A stretch of DNA of 63,982 bases, filler included, from Octopus bimaculoides (Eukaryota), in assembly GCF_001194135.2 (NCBI RefSeq). It is 4 parts of 4 records of this genome, joined end to end, with 100 filler letters (N's around TTAATTAATTAA, not from the genome) between each part and the next. Parts side by side here need not be neighbours in the genome. Positions count along the whole stretch, not along the records: positions 1 to 18,777 come from NC_068989.1; 3 more parts are not named here. The stretch is one strand, 5' to 3'. The notes beneath the pieces are model-generated. The model ran no database searches. It was not told where the DNA came from and was given only the letters and a program-made list of their open reading frames with translations. The position numbers and the translations under genes are program-made. Positions 1-10,994 of this stretch are shown in pieces; the stretch's first letter is position 1, and each line of letters opens with the position of its first letter.

Positions 1-104
1 TAGGCATTTGCTAGATGAGGACTGAGAACAGATATGCTGTTCGGTTGTCTTGGATGGACTGGGAGTGAAGGGGAAGCATATTTACTATGAAAGATAACTA
101 AAAA

Positions 105-252
105 TTGGTAAAACCTTGGCTTGTTTTAATCGTTGGTGTGCTTATATTTTTATTCATGAAATCAGCAAGTGATATTACAGCAAGTGATATTACAGCAAGT
201 GATATTACAGCAAGTGATATTACAGCAAGTGATATTACAATAGGAAATGATG
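105..252 (+). CDS. HSD11B1L: Candidate first coding exon (N-terminal signal anchor) of the HSD11B1L-like gene; start and donor uncertain
   Basis: Frame 87+3n reads MKDN*KLVKPWLVLIVGVLIFLFMKS(ASDIT)x5IGND: a hydrophobic anchor like those of 11beta-HSD1 family proteins. It has an in-frame TAA at 99-101 and several possible phase-1 GT donors (169, 184, 199, 214, 229, 253). Exon 2 requires phase 1. Confidence 0.35.
163..239 (+). repeat. Perfect tandem repeat, 5 x 15 bp (CAGCAAGTGATATTA)
   Basis: Five identical units read directly; encodes ASDIT repeats in the candidate exon-1 frame. Confidence 0.95.
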
Positions 253-532
253 GTGGGGAATTGATGTGTATATGTGTGTGAGAGAATGAGATGGACCTAC
301 TCCTGAAAACTGAACTAGCATCTTGTGGTTTCATTAAACTTTGGTGTGTTTGTAGGGACATCCATAGGAGGAATAACTCCGATTTTAAACTGGTTCATTT
401 CTTTTACATCTGAGACTGGTTTCCGTTTGCAATCCTACGAAAAAAGAGATATTAGATGAGTGTTGAATTTATGCAAGCCTTAGTGAGACACAATAAACTC
501 ATCCTTTATTAACTATGTTTTGTTTATTACAG

Positions 533-663
533 ATGACTTGAAAGGTAAACGAGTTGTGTTAACTGGAGCATCAACAGGTATCGGGGAACAGATGGCTTAC
601 CACTATGCAAACAACAAAGCCAATCTTCTTATAACAGCACGAAGAACCAACGTACTTCAGAAG
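533..663 (+). CDS. HSD11B1L: HSD11B1L-like SDR, coding exon 2 (Rossmann fold)
   Basis: ttacAG|ATGAC...CAGAAG|GTatga; xDLKGKRVVLTGASTGIGEQMAYHYANNKANLLITARRTNVLQK with the TGxxxGIG cofactor motif and the family-typical GEQMAYHYA. Confidence 0.92.
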
Positions 664-817
664 GTATGAACTGTGGTATGTATGTGCCTGCATGGTGTGT
701 ATGTACATGTGTATAAAGTTGATGGTAATGAAATGTACTGAATCTCATGTATGATAAATTATTAATTTGCTAAAACTTCCCTAGCAGACAGAGAAGGAAA
801 ACAAAACCCCTAAAACT

Positions 818-2322
818 GTTAGCAGCATTTCATCTGTCTGTATGTTCTGAGTTCAAATGCTGCTGAAGTCAACTTTGCCTTTCATCCTTTTGGGGTCAAT
901 GAGATAAGTACCATTTTCACACTGGGGTTGATGTAAGGATTATTATTATAAGGCAGCAAACTGGCAGAATCATTAGTACACTGGATGAAAAGCTGAGTGG
1001 TATTTCACCCATCACTATATTCTGAATTCAAATTCTACCAAGGTCAACTTTTTCTTTCATCCTATTAAAAAAAATAATAAATGTACCCATTTAAACCGGG
1101 CTCATGGGCCCGGTTTTCCCGTTTCTATGGCGTACGTGTTCCCCAGCTGGACGGGACGCCAGTCCATCGCAGTGTTACTCATCTTTGCCAGCCGATTGGA
1201 CTGGAGCAACATGAAATGAAGTGTTTTGCTCAAGAACACAATGCATTGCCTGGTCCAGGAATTGAAACCACAATCTTACGATCATGGTGCTGACACCCTA
1301 ACCACTAAGCCACATGCCTCCACTTTCATCCTATTGGGGTTGATGAAATAAGTACCTGTTGAGCACTGGGGTCAATGTAATTGACTTACCCTCTCCACTC
1401 AAATTTCAGGCCTTGTGCCTATAGTAGAAAGCATTATTATTATTGCACTATTTATTGTTTATTTTCTAACGTTTTCACATCTGTTCTGTCTCCTAATATA
1501 TTGGGCTCCTGTGTTCAAAGAAATTATTTCTATTATTAAGGGCAGTGGATTTGCAAAATATTTAGTGTCAGATAGAATACTTTGCAGTATTTAATTTCAG
1601 CCCTTTATGTTCCAAGTTCAAATCCTGCCAAGGTCATCTTCATCTTTCATCCTTCCTGGGTCAGTAAAATAAAGTAAGTGGACTGACAGAATAATTAGAA
1701 TATTGGACAAGATGACTTGCAGTATTTGCTCTTATTCTTTGCATTCTGAGTTCAAATACTGCTGTTGCTTACTTGGATCAGAATCTTGATCCCTTGGCTA
1801 ACTTAACACCACCCCTACTTGAATACAAGCTTTCTGGTTTGAGAATACCTTCCTTCCTCTCTCCCTAATGTCAATAATTTTGAGGATCATAAAATTGCTA
1901 TAGGCACTGCCCTTCTCTCTCTACTAAATAATAAAGCTATAAAAATACAGGAGTTGATCTAATCAACTGATCCTTTATATCAAATTTTTGTATAATTTTT
2001 GTTAAAAACAATTAACACCAGACAAAATGCTTAGCAGCATTTTGCACAGCTTTACATTCTGAGTCCAAATGCTGCTGAGGTTGACTTTGCCTTTCATCTT
2101 TTTGGATCGATAAAATAAGAACCAGTCTAGTACTGGAGCCAATGCAATTGATTAGCCCTCAATCTCAAAATTTCAAGCTTTGTGCTAATAGTAGAAAAGA
2201 TTATTTCGAGGTCAACTTTGCTTTTTATCCTTTCGGGGTCAGTTAAATAAGTACCAGTTACAAACTGGAGTCGATGCAATCAACTTACCCAAATTTCAGG
2301 CCTTGTGCCTACAGTAAAAAAG

Positions 2323-2355
<33 letters not shown>

Positions 2356-2585
2356 TAAGGTGGTGAGCTGGCAGAAACATTAACACACCGGGCAAAATGC
2401 TTAGCGGTATTTTGTCTGTCTTTACGTTCTAAGTTCAAATTCTGCTGAGGTCAGCTTTGCCTTTCATCCTCTCAGGGTCAATAAATTAAGTACCACTTGA
2501 ACACTGGGGTCAATGTAATCAACTATCCCCCACCCCCAATTTTCAAGCCTTGTGCCTATAGTAAAAAGGATTGTTATTATTATTA

Positions 2586-2628
<43 letters not shown>

Positions 2629-2835
2629 GTTGTTGTTGTTGTTGTTAAGGTGGTAAACTGGCAAAGTGCTTAGTGACATTTCGTCCATCTTTACATTTTT
2701 TGAGTTTAGATGCCATCATAGTCCTTTTGGGGTCAATAAAATACATACCAATCAAGTAATGGGGTTAATATAATTGACTTACCTCTCCTCCAAAATTTCA
2801 GTCCTTGTGCCTATAGCAGAAAGAATTACTATTAT
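818..2835 (+). mobile_element. Chain of about 8 same-orientation copies or fragments of tRNA-derived SINE family A filling intron 2
   Basis: Recurring GGCAGAAT..TTAG, GTTCAAAT (B-box-like), CTTTCATCCTTT.GGGGTC.ATAAA.TAAGTACC and GGCCTTGTGCCTATAGTAGAAAAG followed by (TTA)n tails; the central block resembles the Meta-type SINE core as I recall it. Confidence 0.85.
1067..1322 (-). mobile_element. tRNA/CORE-type SINE nested in a family A SINE, with 13-bp target-site duplication
   Basis: CTTTCATCCTATT at 1054-1066 and 1323-1335 flanks it; the minus strand has TGGCTTAGTGG (A-box), GTGTTCTTGAGCAAAACAC (CORE-like) and an A/T tail. Confidence 0.85.
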
Positions 2836-2864
2836 TATTTCTTGTATGCATTATCATTGAACAG

Positions 2865-2963
2865 GTTATAGATCGCTGCAAATCTCTTGGTGATCCAAAT
2901 GGGAACTATAACTACATCACAGCAGACATGGGAAATCTATCAGCCACAGAGAATGTGATTAAG
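2865..2963 (+). CDS. HSD11B1L: HSD11B1L-like SDR, coding exon 3
   Basis: aacAG|GTTATA...ATTAAG|GTacct; VIDRCKSLGDPNGNYNYITADMGNLSATENVIK, 99 nt, phase 0/0. Confidence 0.9.
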
Positions 2964-4204
2964 GTACCTTCTTTCTTCTAAAGATTTAATTTGTGACACT
3001 CAATTCTTAGCAAAGGGAAGACTTAGAAGAGATATTGTTATCTATGTTTCAGATCTCAACTACTATTGTCTACTATTTCAATAGTAACATTTGTTTTGAT
3101 CAAATTTCATTTTAAAATTACATGTAAAAAAAAAAATCAAGCCATTTCTTTGTATGACAAATATTTCTAGTAAATCTTTCATATCTTTTGATACAAATCA
3201 ACCTAAGACAGGCTCTGATTCCATGATAAAATATCTTATGATTTTAAGGTGTTCAAATTTAAATTAGAACCTTCCATTATAGCTACATGTGAGGACAATT
3301 GATTTTGTCCCAAACATTAGCCTAAAAATGTTATTTTATTAAATTGTACTAGATTCCTGATTATTTAAGCAGTTAGTTGAAATGCATAAACATAGTATTT
3401 CATTAGTAATGTGATAAAGAAATGGTTAAATAATCAAGAAAGAAATTATGAATGATAGTGTTAGTGTTGTAATGATCATTAGATAAGTAATGCATGAATA
3501 TTACCATACTTATGGATACAGATTGGGGGCCTTGGATACAACCAATTCATTGGGTTTTCATGTTCCCTTGCAGATGAAATTGAGTTGGTGGATTCAAAGT
3601 TCTCTTCCATCAAACTTTTAAAACTGATATTATATCTGCTGCAAATAATTTATATGATCATATAACCTGTGCTCTATAATGGTTGTGATAAGCTATCAGA
3701 GAGTTGTATATGTAATGTGGTTTCAATTTCAGATTATAACATTTCACTTAATTCCTCTCTTGTTGTTTCGGTGGTCAGCCCAGATCAAACAGCCTATGAT
3801 CAAAGGTGTTCAAGCTGCGACCATTCGATTTATTTTCAGGCTGTGTGCAGCTGTTACTGTGCTTTGGAATAGCACAGAACTGTCTGTTATTTTCAGTCAG
3901 GTAGATTACTTTATTCTTAGTTTCAAGATTTGTTGCAACCATTGTGCATTGCTGATATGTGTGCCAGTAATAATACACATCAGGTTCTTAGGGAACATAC
4001 AGTAAACTTTTAAAAATCCCCTGTCGATATCATGTTACAGAAATTTACTAGATAAGCATTTACTGAAAACTAAATGTAAAAATTAAAATAATGTGATGCT
4101 CCATTAATAAGATTATTAAAGAAATTAAAACATCAACACTCCAGGTTAAAAAGATCACCATCACTGAATTAGGGTCGCTTGTTATTATTACTTAAGTGTT
4201 TGGT

Positions 4205-4347
4205 TTTAGGAAGGGCATCCTACCATAGAAACCATGCCAAAGCTGACATTGGAGTCTAACATGGCATGTGGCTCACCAGACCCTGTCAAACCATCCAGCC
4301 CATGCCATCATGGAAAGTGGATGTTAAATGATGATGTAGATGATGAT
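4205..4347 (+). mobile_element. RTE-type LINE/SINE 3' tail fragment
   Basis: AGGAAGGGCATCC...CCCATGCCATCATGGAAAGTGGATGTTAAATGATGATG matches the reverse complement of the RTE tails at 19017-19100 and 23771-23830. Confidence 0.7.
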
Positions 4348-4690
4348 AGTAAGATGAGTAATATTTAAAGTATAGACATTCTAACTTACAGAATATTAGC
4401 ATATGTTGTCGAAAGTCAAATATTTCTTATATTACACAGTCATCAAATATGTATGTAAATATATAAGGATATGTGTCTTATGTCCCGCTTCTTTCTATGT
4501 CTGAATAACAACGAAGTCATGTACTTAATACATAATCAACTTTTAGCATCAATTACTAAATGAGCTTAAAGTATAAGAATATATATTATATTGTTTATTT
4601 TTTTTACTACTGTATATTTTCTCCATTGTTTCATTTATCGATGTATGTATACTCTCTTGTACTTTAGCCTATAAATTCGTGCACATGTGT

Positions 4691-4802
4691 GTGTTTGGCA
4701 AAAGTAACAGAGTGATTCAAGATCCGAAAGTTTTGTGTGTTGGCACATGCCAATGCACAAAACTTTTGGACCTTGAGTCATTCTGTTTCTTCTGCTAAAT
4801 AT
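4691..4802 (+). repeat. Ungapped 55-position inverted repeat (fold-back element or RNA hairpin) in intron 3
   Basis: Position i pairs with 9493-i: 44 Watson-Crick, 8 G-T, 3 mismatches, 2-nt loop. A similar right arm recurs at ~30008-30062. Confidence 0.9.
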
Positions 4803-4865
4803 TAATAAAAATACACATATACTCATACTTTCAGTTCTTTATTTCCTGTTTGCATCAACACATAT

Positions 4866-5107
4866 ATATATATATATATATATACACTTCGCGTCTGGCT
4901 GTACAGCCTTTTTGTTTGTTTATTTCACCGTTTCGTTTTCCTGTCTTGTTTTCCGTTCGCCACTACCCTCCACGAAAACAATTTAATTTGTGTTCGTGGG
5001 AAGAACCATTTTAACGATGCGTACTGCCTTAATTCTTCGAAACGCCGGAGTTTTAATGGCGGCAGCTGATGAAGGGGATGTTTCTATGTGGCCTGCTTGT
5101 TTGTTGC
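4866..5107 (+). mobile_element. Probable Penelope-like terminal repeat fragment
   Basis: Contains GAAACGCCGGAGTTTT (cf. GAAACTCGGAGTTTT at 55591-55605 minus) and CTGATGAAGGGG (cf. 55190-55203 minus); abuts (TA)n and a gap. Confidence 0.35.
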
Positions 5108-5579
5108 NNNNNNNNNNNNNNNNNNNNNNNNNNNNNNNNNNNNNNNNNNNNNNNNNNNNNNNNNNNNNNNNNNNNNNNNNNNNNNNNNNNNNNNNNNNNN
5201 NNNNNNNNNNNNNNNNNNNNNNNNNNNNNNNNNNNNNNNNNNNNNNNNNNNNNNNNNNNNNNNNNNNNNNNNNNNNNNNNNNNNNNNNNNNNNNNNNNNN
5301 NNNNNNNNNNNNNNNNNNNNNNNNNNNNNNNNNNNNNNNNNNNNNNNNNNNNNNNNNNNNNNNNNNNNNNNNNNNNNNNNNNNNNNNNNNNNNNNNNNNN
5401 NNNNNNNNNNNNNNNNNNNNNNNNNNNNNNNNNNNNNNNNNNNNNNNNNNNNNNNNNNNNNNNNNNNNNNNNNNNNNNNNNNNNNNNNNNNNNNNNNNNN
5501 NNNNNNNNNNNNNNNNNNNNNNNNNNNNNNNNNNNNNNNNNNATATATATCCATGTCTTTATCTTTTATTCATTCAAAG

Positions 5580-5793
5580 GAAGCTGAAGAGAAAATGGGA
5601 GGTATTGATTTCTTGGTTTTGAATCACATCAAAGAAATATCTTTAGGTGAATGGAGTGGGTCCACTGATAACCTGACATTGCTCTCCAATCTCTTTGATA
5701 TCAACTTCAAAGCATATGTACACCTGGCTTCCTATGCCTTGCCCTTACTTGAGAAAAGTGGTGGAAGTATTATTGTTGTTTCATCTATTGCAG
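5580..5793 (+). CDS. HSD11B1L: HSD11B1L-like SDR, coding exon 4
   Basis: caaAG|GAAGCT...GCAG|GTatat; EAEEKMGGIDFLVLNHI...DINFKAYVHLASYALPLLEKSGGSIIVVSSIAG (GGxDxLxLNH, catalytic Asn and Ser). Confidence 0.93.
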
Positions 5794-6107
5794 GTATATA
5801 TTTTTAACATTGACTTAATTATTTATCATTAAATATAAATACATCAATGATAGAGCACAACACTAAATGCTTTGCAGTATTTACTAAGGTCACTTAAAAT
5901 TCTAAGTTCAACTACCAGCAAAATATTTAGCTAGCTCAGTCAATTGTAATCTTTCACAATAAATTTGAGGTCATCTTAGCGTCCTTTTTTGTTCCCATAA
6001 GGGGTAACCCCTTATGCACTCAACACAGACCAATCCACTTTTACAGTTGGTATCCTATCTATGACAGGATCAATTGCTTTACTATCTCTGCTATTACATT
6101 TAGCTGT

Positions 6108-6280
6108 AAGGTGGGGTGAGCTGACAGAATCATTAGCATGCTAGGCAAAATGCTTAGTGGCATTTCTTCTGTCTTCACATTCTGTATTCAAATTCTGCCG
6201 AGGTGGACTGGAGTTGATGTAATGGACTTACCTGCTCCCCTGAAATTGCTGGCCTTGTGCCACAATTTGAAATCAGTATT
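6108..6280 (+). mobile_element. SINE family A copy with internal deletion
   Basis: Same head and tail as the intron-2 copies; central CTTTCATCC block missing. Confidence 0.75.
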
Positions 6281-6602
6281 AAATCTGGCTGTATCCTCTT
6301 CATCTTATGAAATGTCTTTCACAAAATTTCTCCAATACAATTACGTTTTGTAGCTCAAGTTTCTTTGTGATGCAAAACAGTAGCCTGTGGTGTGTTTTGT
6401 CTTCTTAAACACTGTCCAGTTACAATTAATGTTTTCCAATGTAATACTAAAATAAAAGCTTATCATTAGAGTAGCAGAAATGATTTTAGTACTGATGTAA
6501 AAATTGTACAACATTTAGTTTCATCCTTTCCACATTTCCAGTTTAAACCCTAGTAGAATTAGTTTCACATTTTGTAGCCTTATGCCTACATTGGAAAAAA
6601 AA

Positions 6603-6604
<2 letters not shown>

Positions 6605-6635
<31 letters not shown>

Positions 6636-6704
6636 AATAATAATGGGTTTCAAATTTCGGCACAAGGCCAGCAATTTGAATGGTGTGGGTAAGTCAATAA
6701 CATC
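6605..6704 (-). mobile_element. SINE family A 3' fragment
   Basis: Reverse complement of the family A tail plus (TAA)n; truncated by a gap. Confidence 0.7.
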
Positions 6705-7981
6705 NNNNNNNNNNNNNNNNNNNNNNNNNNNNNNNNNNNNNNNNNNNNNNNNNNNNNNNNNNNNNNNNNNNNNNNNNNNNNNNNNNNNNNNNNNNNNNNN
6801 NNNNNNNNNNNNNNNNNNNNNNNNNNNNNNNNNNNNNNNNNNNNNNNNNNNNNNNNNNNNNNNNNNNNNNNNNNNNNNNNNNNNNNNNNNNNNNNNNNNN
6901 NNNNNNNNNNNNNNNNNNNNNNNNNNTGCTTGCTCACTGCTTTTATAATAATAATAATAATAGATGCAGTACCAGGCAGTGACTCTCATGGCTTCTTATC
7001 TTAATCGATTGGAAGTGTTATCATGTACATTGTTTTGTCTTAGTATAAAAAGATGGGCTACAGCAAATATTCTGCTTAATACCACAGATTTGCTTGTCAG
7101 TTGCTTGACCTTAACCAGTTGAGCATGTCCCTTGGTGGCTGACGATATGTGCATCTCTGATCATGAGCAGAAGTAGTGGGGGAGCATCATAGCCATGTGT
7201 TGAGAGGAATTCTTTGGGGGTTTGAATAATTCACCTTTGGAAACATGGGTGTTTTGCTCAACATCCTTAAACGACCCTTATTCAGGGACCTTTTGAGTAC
7301 CATATGAGTCATATCTCTTCTGTCTGTAACACACATCTAAAGCATATTTCAGAATCATCATCATGTGATTAGTGTTGCTAGGCTGTCCATTGTTTATTTA
7401 TTTTAATGAAAAATTCATTGTTTCATTTTCTGTCATTTTTTTATGAATCAGTTTTTTCTTTTTCTTCTGTCAACTTATGTTGGACACAATGGGTTGCAAT
7501 GCATCCATTAATTATATTTGTGTGGCATTGTTCCATCATTATGTCAGTTAAACTTATTAGTACTAGGGATACTGTTACCATTGGACTTATTGTTTTTCAT
7601 CTGTCGTCGTTTCACTTACATGATCGACAAAAAGTCTTTGATGGATCATGTAAGTCTTTGACCAACTAGTTTAGCTTTTGGTCATGGATTCTTAACCATA
7701 AATGTTATATTTTTTTTTACTTTGTTTATATGTTGTAATTTTTTGTAACTGTGTGGTTGTAAATGAATGAACTGAAATCACGAAATTATTGTATGTACAC
7801 AATCACTCACCCTTAAAGCACAAGTTTAAGGGTGGATGATGATTAGTTTGAATTCTTCAGAGACTTTTGTTTGAAGAAATCAATCTCAGCACATGAAAGG
7901 TACTCTATTTTGCTGACAAGGTTTTCTTCAGTAAGGTATGAATTAAGAACCTAGAAAACAGAAACTAAATACTGCAATACA

Positions 7982-8339
7982 GTTCTATATTTAAGAGATG
8001 AGGAATTATGTACATTTACATTATTTACATTCGACAGATATTTGTTCCTCCAGCCTTCTTCAGGTGTCTTGGGGGAAATTTCGAACCTAGGTTCTCATTC
8101 CTAAGGTATTTTTCAATTTTATTATTATTATTATTATCATTGTTCAGGTCACTGCTTGGAATCGAACTCAGAATCTTGGGGTTAGTAGCCCGTGCTCTTA
8201 ACCACCACGCCATATGCCCATAAGCATATGGCGTAGTGGTTAAGAGCACGGGCTACTAACCCCAAGATTCTGAGTTCGATTCCAGGCAGTGACTTGAACA
8301 ATAATTATAATAATAACAATAATAATAACATCAAAAGAT
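7982..8339. mobile_element. Head-to-head inverted pair 1 of the tRNA-head/(TAA)n/hammerhead element
   Basis: Minus arm 7982-8217 and plus arm 8224-8339 (cut by gap); the ~80-nt heads differ at about 3 positions; A-box TGGCGTAGTGG 8229-8239, B-box GTTCGATTCC 8274-8283. The hammerhead is partly deleted in this copy. Confidence 0.85.
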
Positions 8340-9197
8340 NNNNNNNNNNNNNNNNNNNNNNNNNNNNNNNNNNNNNNNNNNNNNNNNNNNNNNNNNNNNN
8401 NNNNNNNNNNNNNNNNNNNNNNNNNNNNNNNNNNNNNNNNNNNNNNNNNNNNNNNNNNNNNNNNNNNNNNNNNNNNNNNNNNNNNNNNNNNNNNNNNNNN
8501 NNNNNNNNNNNNNNNNNNNNNNNNNNNNNNNNNNNNNNNNNNNNNNNNNNNNNNNNNNNNNNNNNNNNNNNNNNNNNNNNNNNNNNNNNNNNNNNNNNNN
8601 NNNNNNNNNNNNNNNNNNNNNNNNNNNNNNNNNNNNNNNNNNNNNNNNNNNNNNNNNNNNNNNNNNNNNNNNNNNNNNNNNNNNNNNNNNNNNNNNNNNN
8701 NNNNNNNNNNNNNNNNNNNNNNNNNNNNNNNNNNNNNNNNNNNNNNNNNNNNNNNNNNNNNNNNNNNNNNNNNNNNNNNNNNNNNNNNNNNNNNNNNNNN
8801 NNNNNNNNNNNNNNNNNNNNNNNNNNNNNNNNNNNNNNNNNNNNNNNNNNNNNNNNNNNNNNNNNNNNNNNNNNNNNNNNNNNNNNNNNNNNNNNNNNNN
8901 NNNNNNNNNNNNNNNNNNNNNNNNNNNNNNNNNNNNNNNNNNNNNNNNNNNNNNNNNNNNNNNNNNNNNNNNNNNNNNNNNNNNNNNNNNNNNNNNNNNN
9001 NNNNNNNNNNNNNNNNNNNNNNNNNNNNNNNNNNNNNNNNNNNNNNNNNNNNNNNNNNNNNNNNNNNNNNNNNNNNNNNNNNNNNNNNNNNNNNNNNNNN
9101 NNNNNNNNNNNNNNNNNNNNNNNNNNNNNNNNNNNNNNNNNNNNNNNNNNNNNNNNNNNNNNNNNNNNNNNNNNNNNNNNNNNNNNNNNNNNNNNNT

Positions 9198-9333
9198 ACG
9201 ACGGGCTTCTTTCAGTTTCCGTCTACCAAATCCACTCACAAGGCTTTGGTCGGCCCGAGGCTATAGTAGAAGACACTTGCCCAAGGTGCCATGCAGTGGG
9301 ACTGAACCCGGAACCATGTGGCTGGTAAGCAAG
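9198..9333 (-). mobile_element. CORE-type SINE family B, head part
   Basis: Minus strand GGTTCCGGGTTCAGTCCCACTGCATGGCACCTTGGGCAAGTGTCTTCTACTATAGCC; identical in structure to the copies at 25019 and 50030. Confidence 0.85.
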
Positions 9334-9461
9334 AGATAAAAGAGATAAAAGTTTTTTATTGTTCAAGCCATCGTGATTATGTCTGTACTGAAGTTCTGTT
9401 GCAGTAATAGGCATCATTCTTGTATATTTGTTTAATGAAATTCTAACTTTTCTTTTCTCAG

Positions 9462-9599
9462 GAAAATTGGCCCAACCCTATCTTTCGGTTTATTCTGCCA
9501 CTAAATTTGCTCTTGATGGATTCTTCAGTGGATTACGCATGGAATTAGAATTGAAGAAATGTAATGTTTCAGTGACATTGTGTGTCATTGGCCTCATTG
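9462..9599 (+). CDS. HSD11B1L: HSD11B1L-like SDR, coding exon 5 (catalytic YxxxK)
   Basis: ctcAG|GAAAA...ATTG|GTaggt; [47 protein letters not shown]. Confidence 0.95.
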
Positions 9600-9857
9600 G
9601 TAGGTGATATTTTTATCCCTATAAATCCAACTTTTATAGCAAGACACCATCCAAAACTTAACGCACAAGTAACTCATCTGTAGGAAAACTGCTGCATGAA
9701 ATAATCACATCCTTATTAGAAAAAGCTTAACAAACAGGCTTTATGTAGCATTCCTTATTGGACTGTGACCACGCTGAGGCAATACCTTCTAGATTTTTTT
9801 GTTGATCATATCAGACCCAGTACTTCTATTAGTCATGTACTTATGTATCAATATTTG

Positions 9858-10232
9858 TTACCACTGCCAAGGAAGAAGGTTATATTTTCATTGGCATTGG
9901 TTTGTCTGTCTGTGTGCAAAATAACTCAAAAAGTTGTGAACGGTATTTGATGAAGCTTGCAGGAAAAGTTGATAATGACACAAGGAACAGATGATGAAAT
10001 TTTGGTAGTGATCTGGGAATTTTTATGGATTCTTGAGGGATTTTTCATTTGTTATATTTACTTTACATGAAGTATTACAATGTTACGTTCTTTGATTATC
10101 TCCATTAAAAACACGTTCATCGTTTGCACATAACCTATGGTGGCGTTGCTGTCTCCAAAGTTTATTTTTGTTTCTCTATTAGTAATTTTACTCCCGTGTC
10201 TATCTTAAAATGAGCTGCTTGGCGGAGGTCTG
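9858..10232 (+). mobile_element. Helentron-associated non-autonomous element (HINE-like), body
   Basis: 5' TTACCACTGCCAAGG...GGTTAT, GTTTGTCTGTCTG tract, subterminal inverted CTTGGCGGAGG; a 3' end with hairpin (GTGCTCTCCGAGTGC-TTTTCTAGTT) lies at 11549-11587. Family recognised from memory. Confidence 0.55.
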
Positions 10233-10239
10233 CGGAGGA

Positions 10240-10725
10240 TGACATGACAAGCCTTGACTATTGGATCGATTCAAAAAGCTTAGGCTTTGCTCCCTCCACC
10301 ACCGCTGTGAGCTCTATATCATCTGTATGATGTGGAAAATATTCCATCAACATTGCCATCTTTAAAATTCATCCGAGGCTTGGCTCCCATGCCATCCGTC
10401 CACTACAGAAATGTTTGTGTCATATCACAACACTATGACAGAACTATTTCACCTCAATTGGCCCTGCTCTCTTCAATGTCGTACCAGACACACATAAAGG
10501 AGGAAAGTGACTTTATGGTATTCAAACAATCCCTAGATGATTACTCCCAACAAATACCAGATAAACCATCCACACCCAGATATGTCTCTGAAAACAATAA
10601 CCCTCTGCTTGAATGGGCTACGGTTCTCCAGAGCTGACTGTGTATCTCTTCCAGGTGGTGCTATTAAATTAGACATGGCCTGAGTTAACTTCAGCCAAAA
10701 CTTATCTAAGTAATCTAATCTATGC
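10240..10725 (+). mobile_element. CR1-like LINE, decayed ORF2 C-terminus and 3' tail
   Basis: Frameshifted translation SLDYW.RFKKLRLCSLHHRCELYIICMMWKI...YFTSIGPALFNVVP...FKQSLDDY.QQIPDKP.TPRY...NNPLLEW; short TAATC repeat tail. Confidence 0.7.
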
Positions 10726-10994
10726 TGTAACCTTTTAATCAAAGTATGACAACATGGGTAGAGGCTGATATCTTAACATTTCTGATGGTCTTAAGTATAA
10801 AAAAAATTATTAAAGATTTATATAGAACTACATTCAGAGTATGTCTATAAGCTGTTGTGTTTAGACCTGGTTTCTATCCTCAAACTGTTCCGTTTTGTAG
10901 ATGCATTTTTTTTCTTTTTAATGAAACAGTCCGAAATTAGAAAAATCAAAAATTTGCAACAATCTCGGTCCCATGAGTATTGGATTATGGATTT

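Noticed and set aside
163-239. CRISPR-like or other spacer array
   Set aside because: Contiguous identical units without spacers, in a eukaryotic context.
98-361. Minus-strand 87-aa ORF with AVISL repeats
   Set aside because: Antisense reading of the 15-bp tandem repeat; no independent coding evidence.
5996-6016. 9-bp-arm hairpin CATAAGGGG-TAA-CCCCTTATG
   Set aside because: Too short and isolated to assign a function.
8222-8295. tRNA gene call for the GGGCATATGG heads
   Set aside because: A- and B-boxes are present, but there is no acceptor-stem pairing or T-run terminator and they are fused to repeat tails, so they are tRNA-derived element heads.
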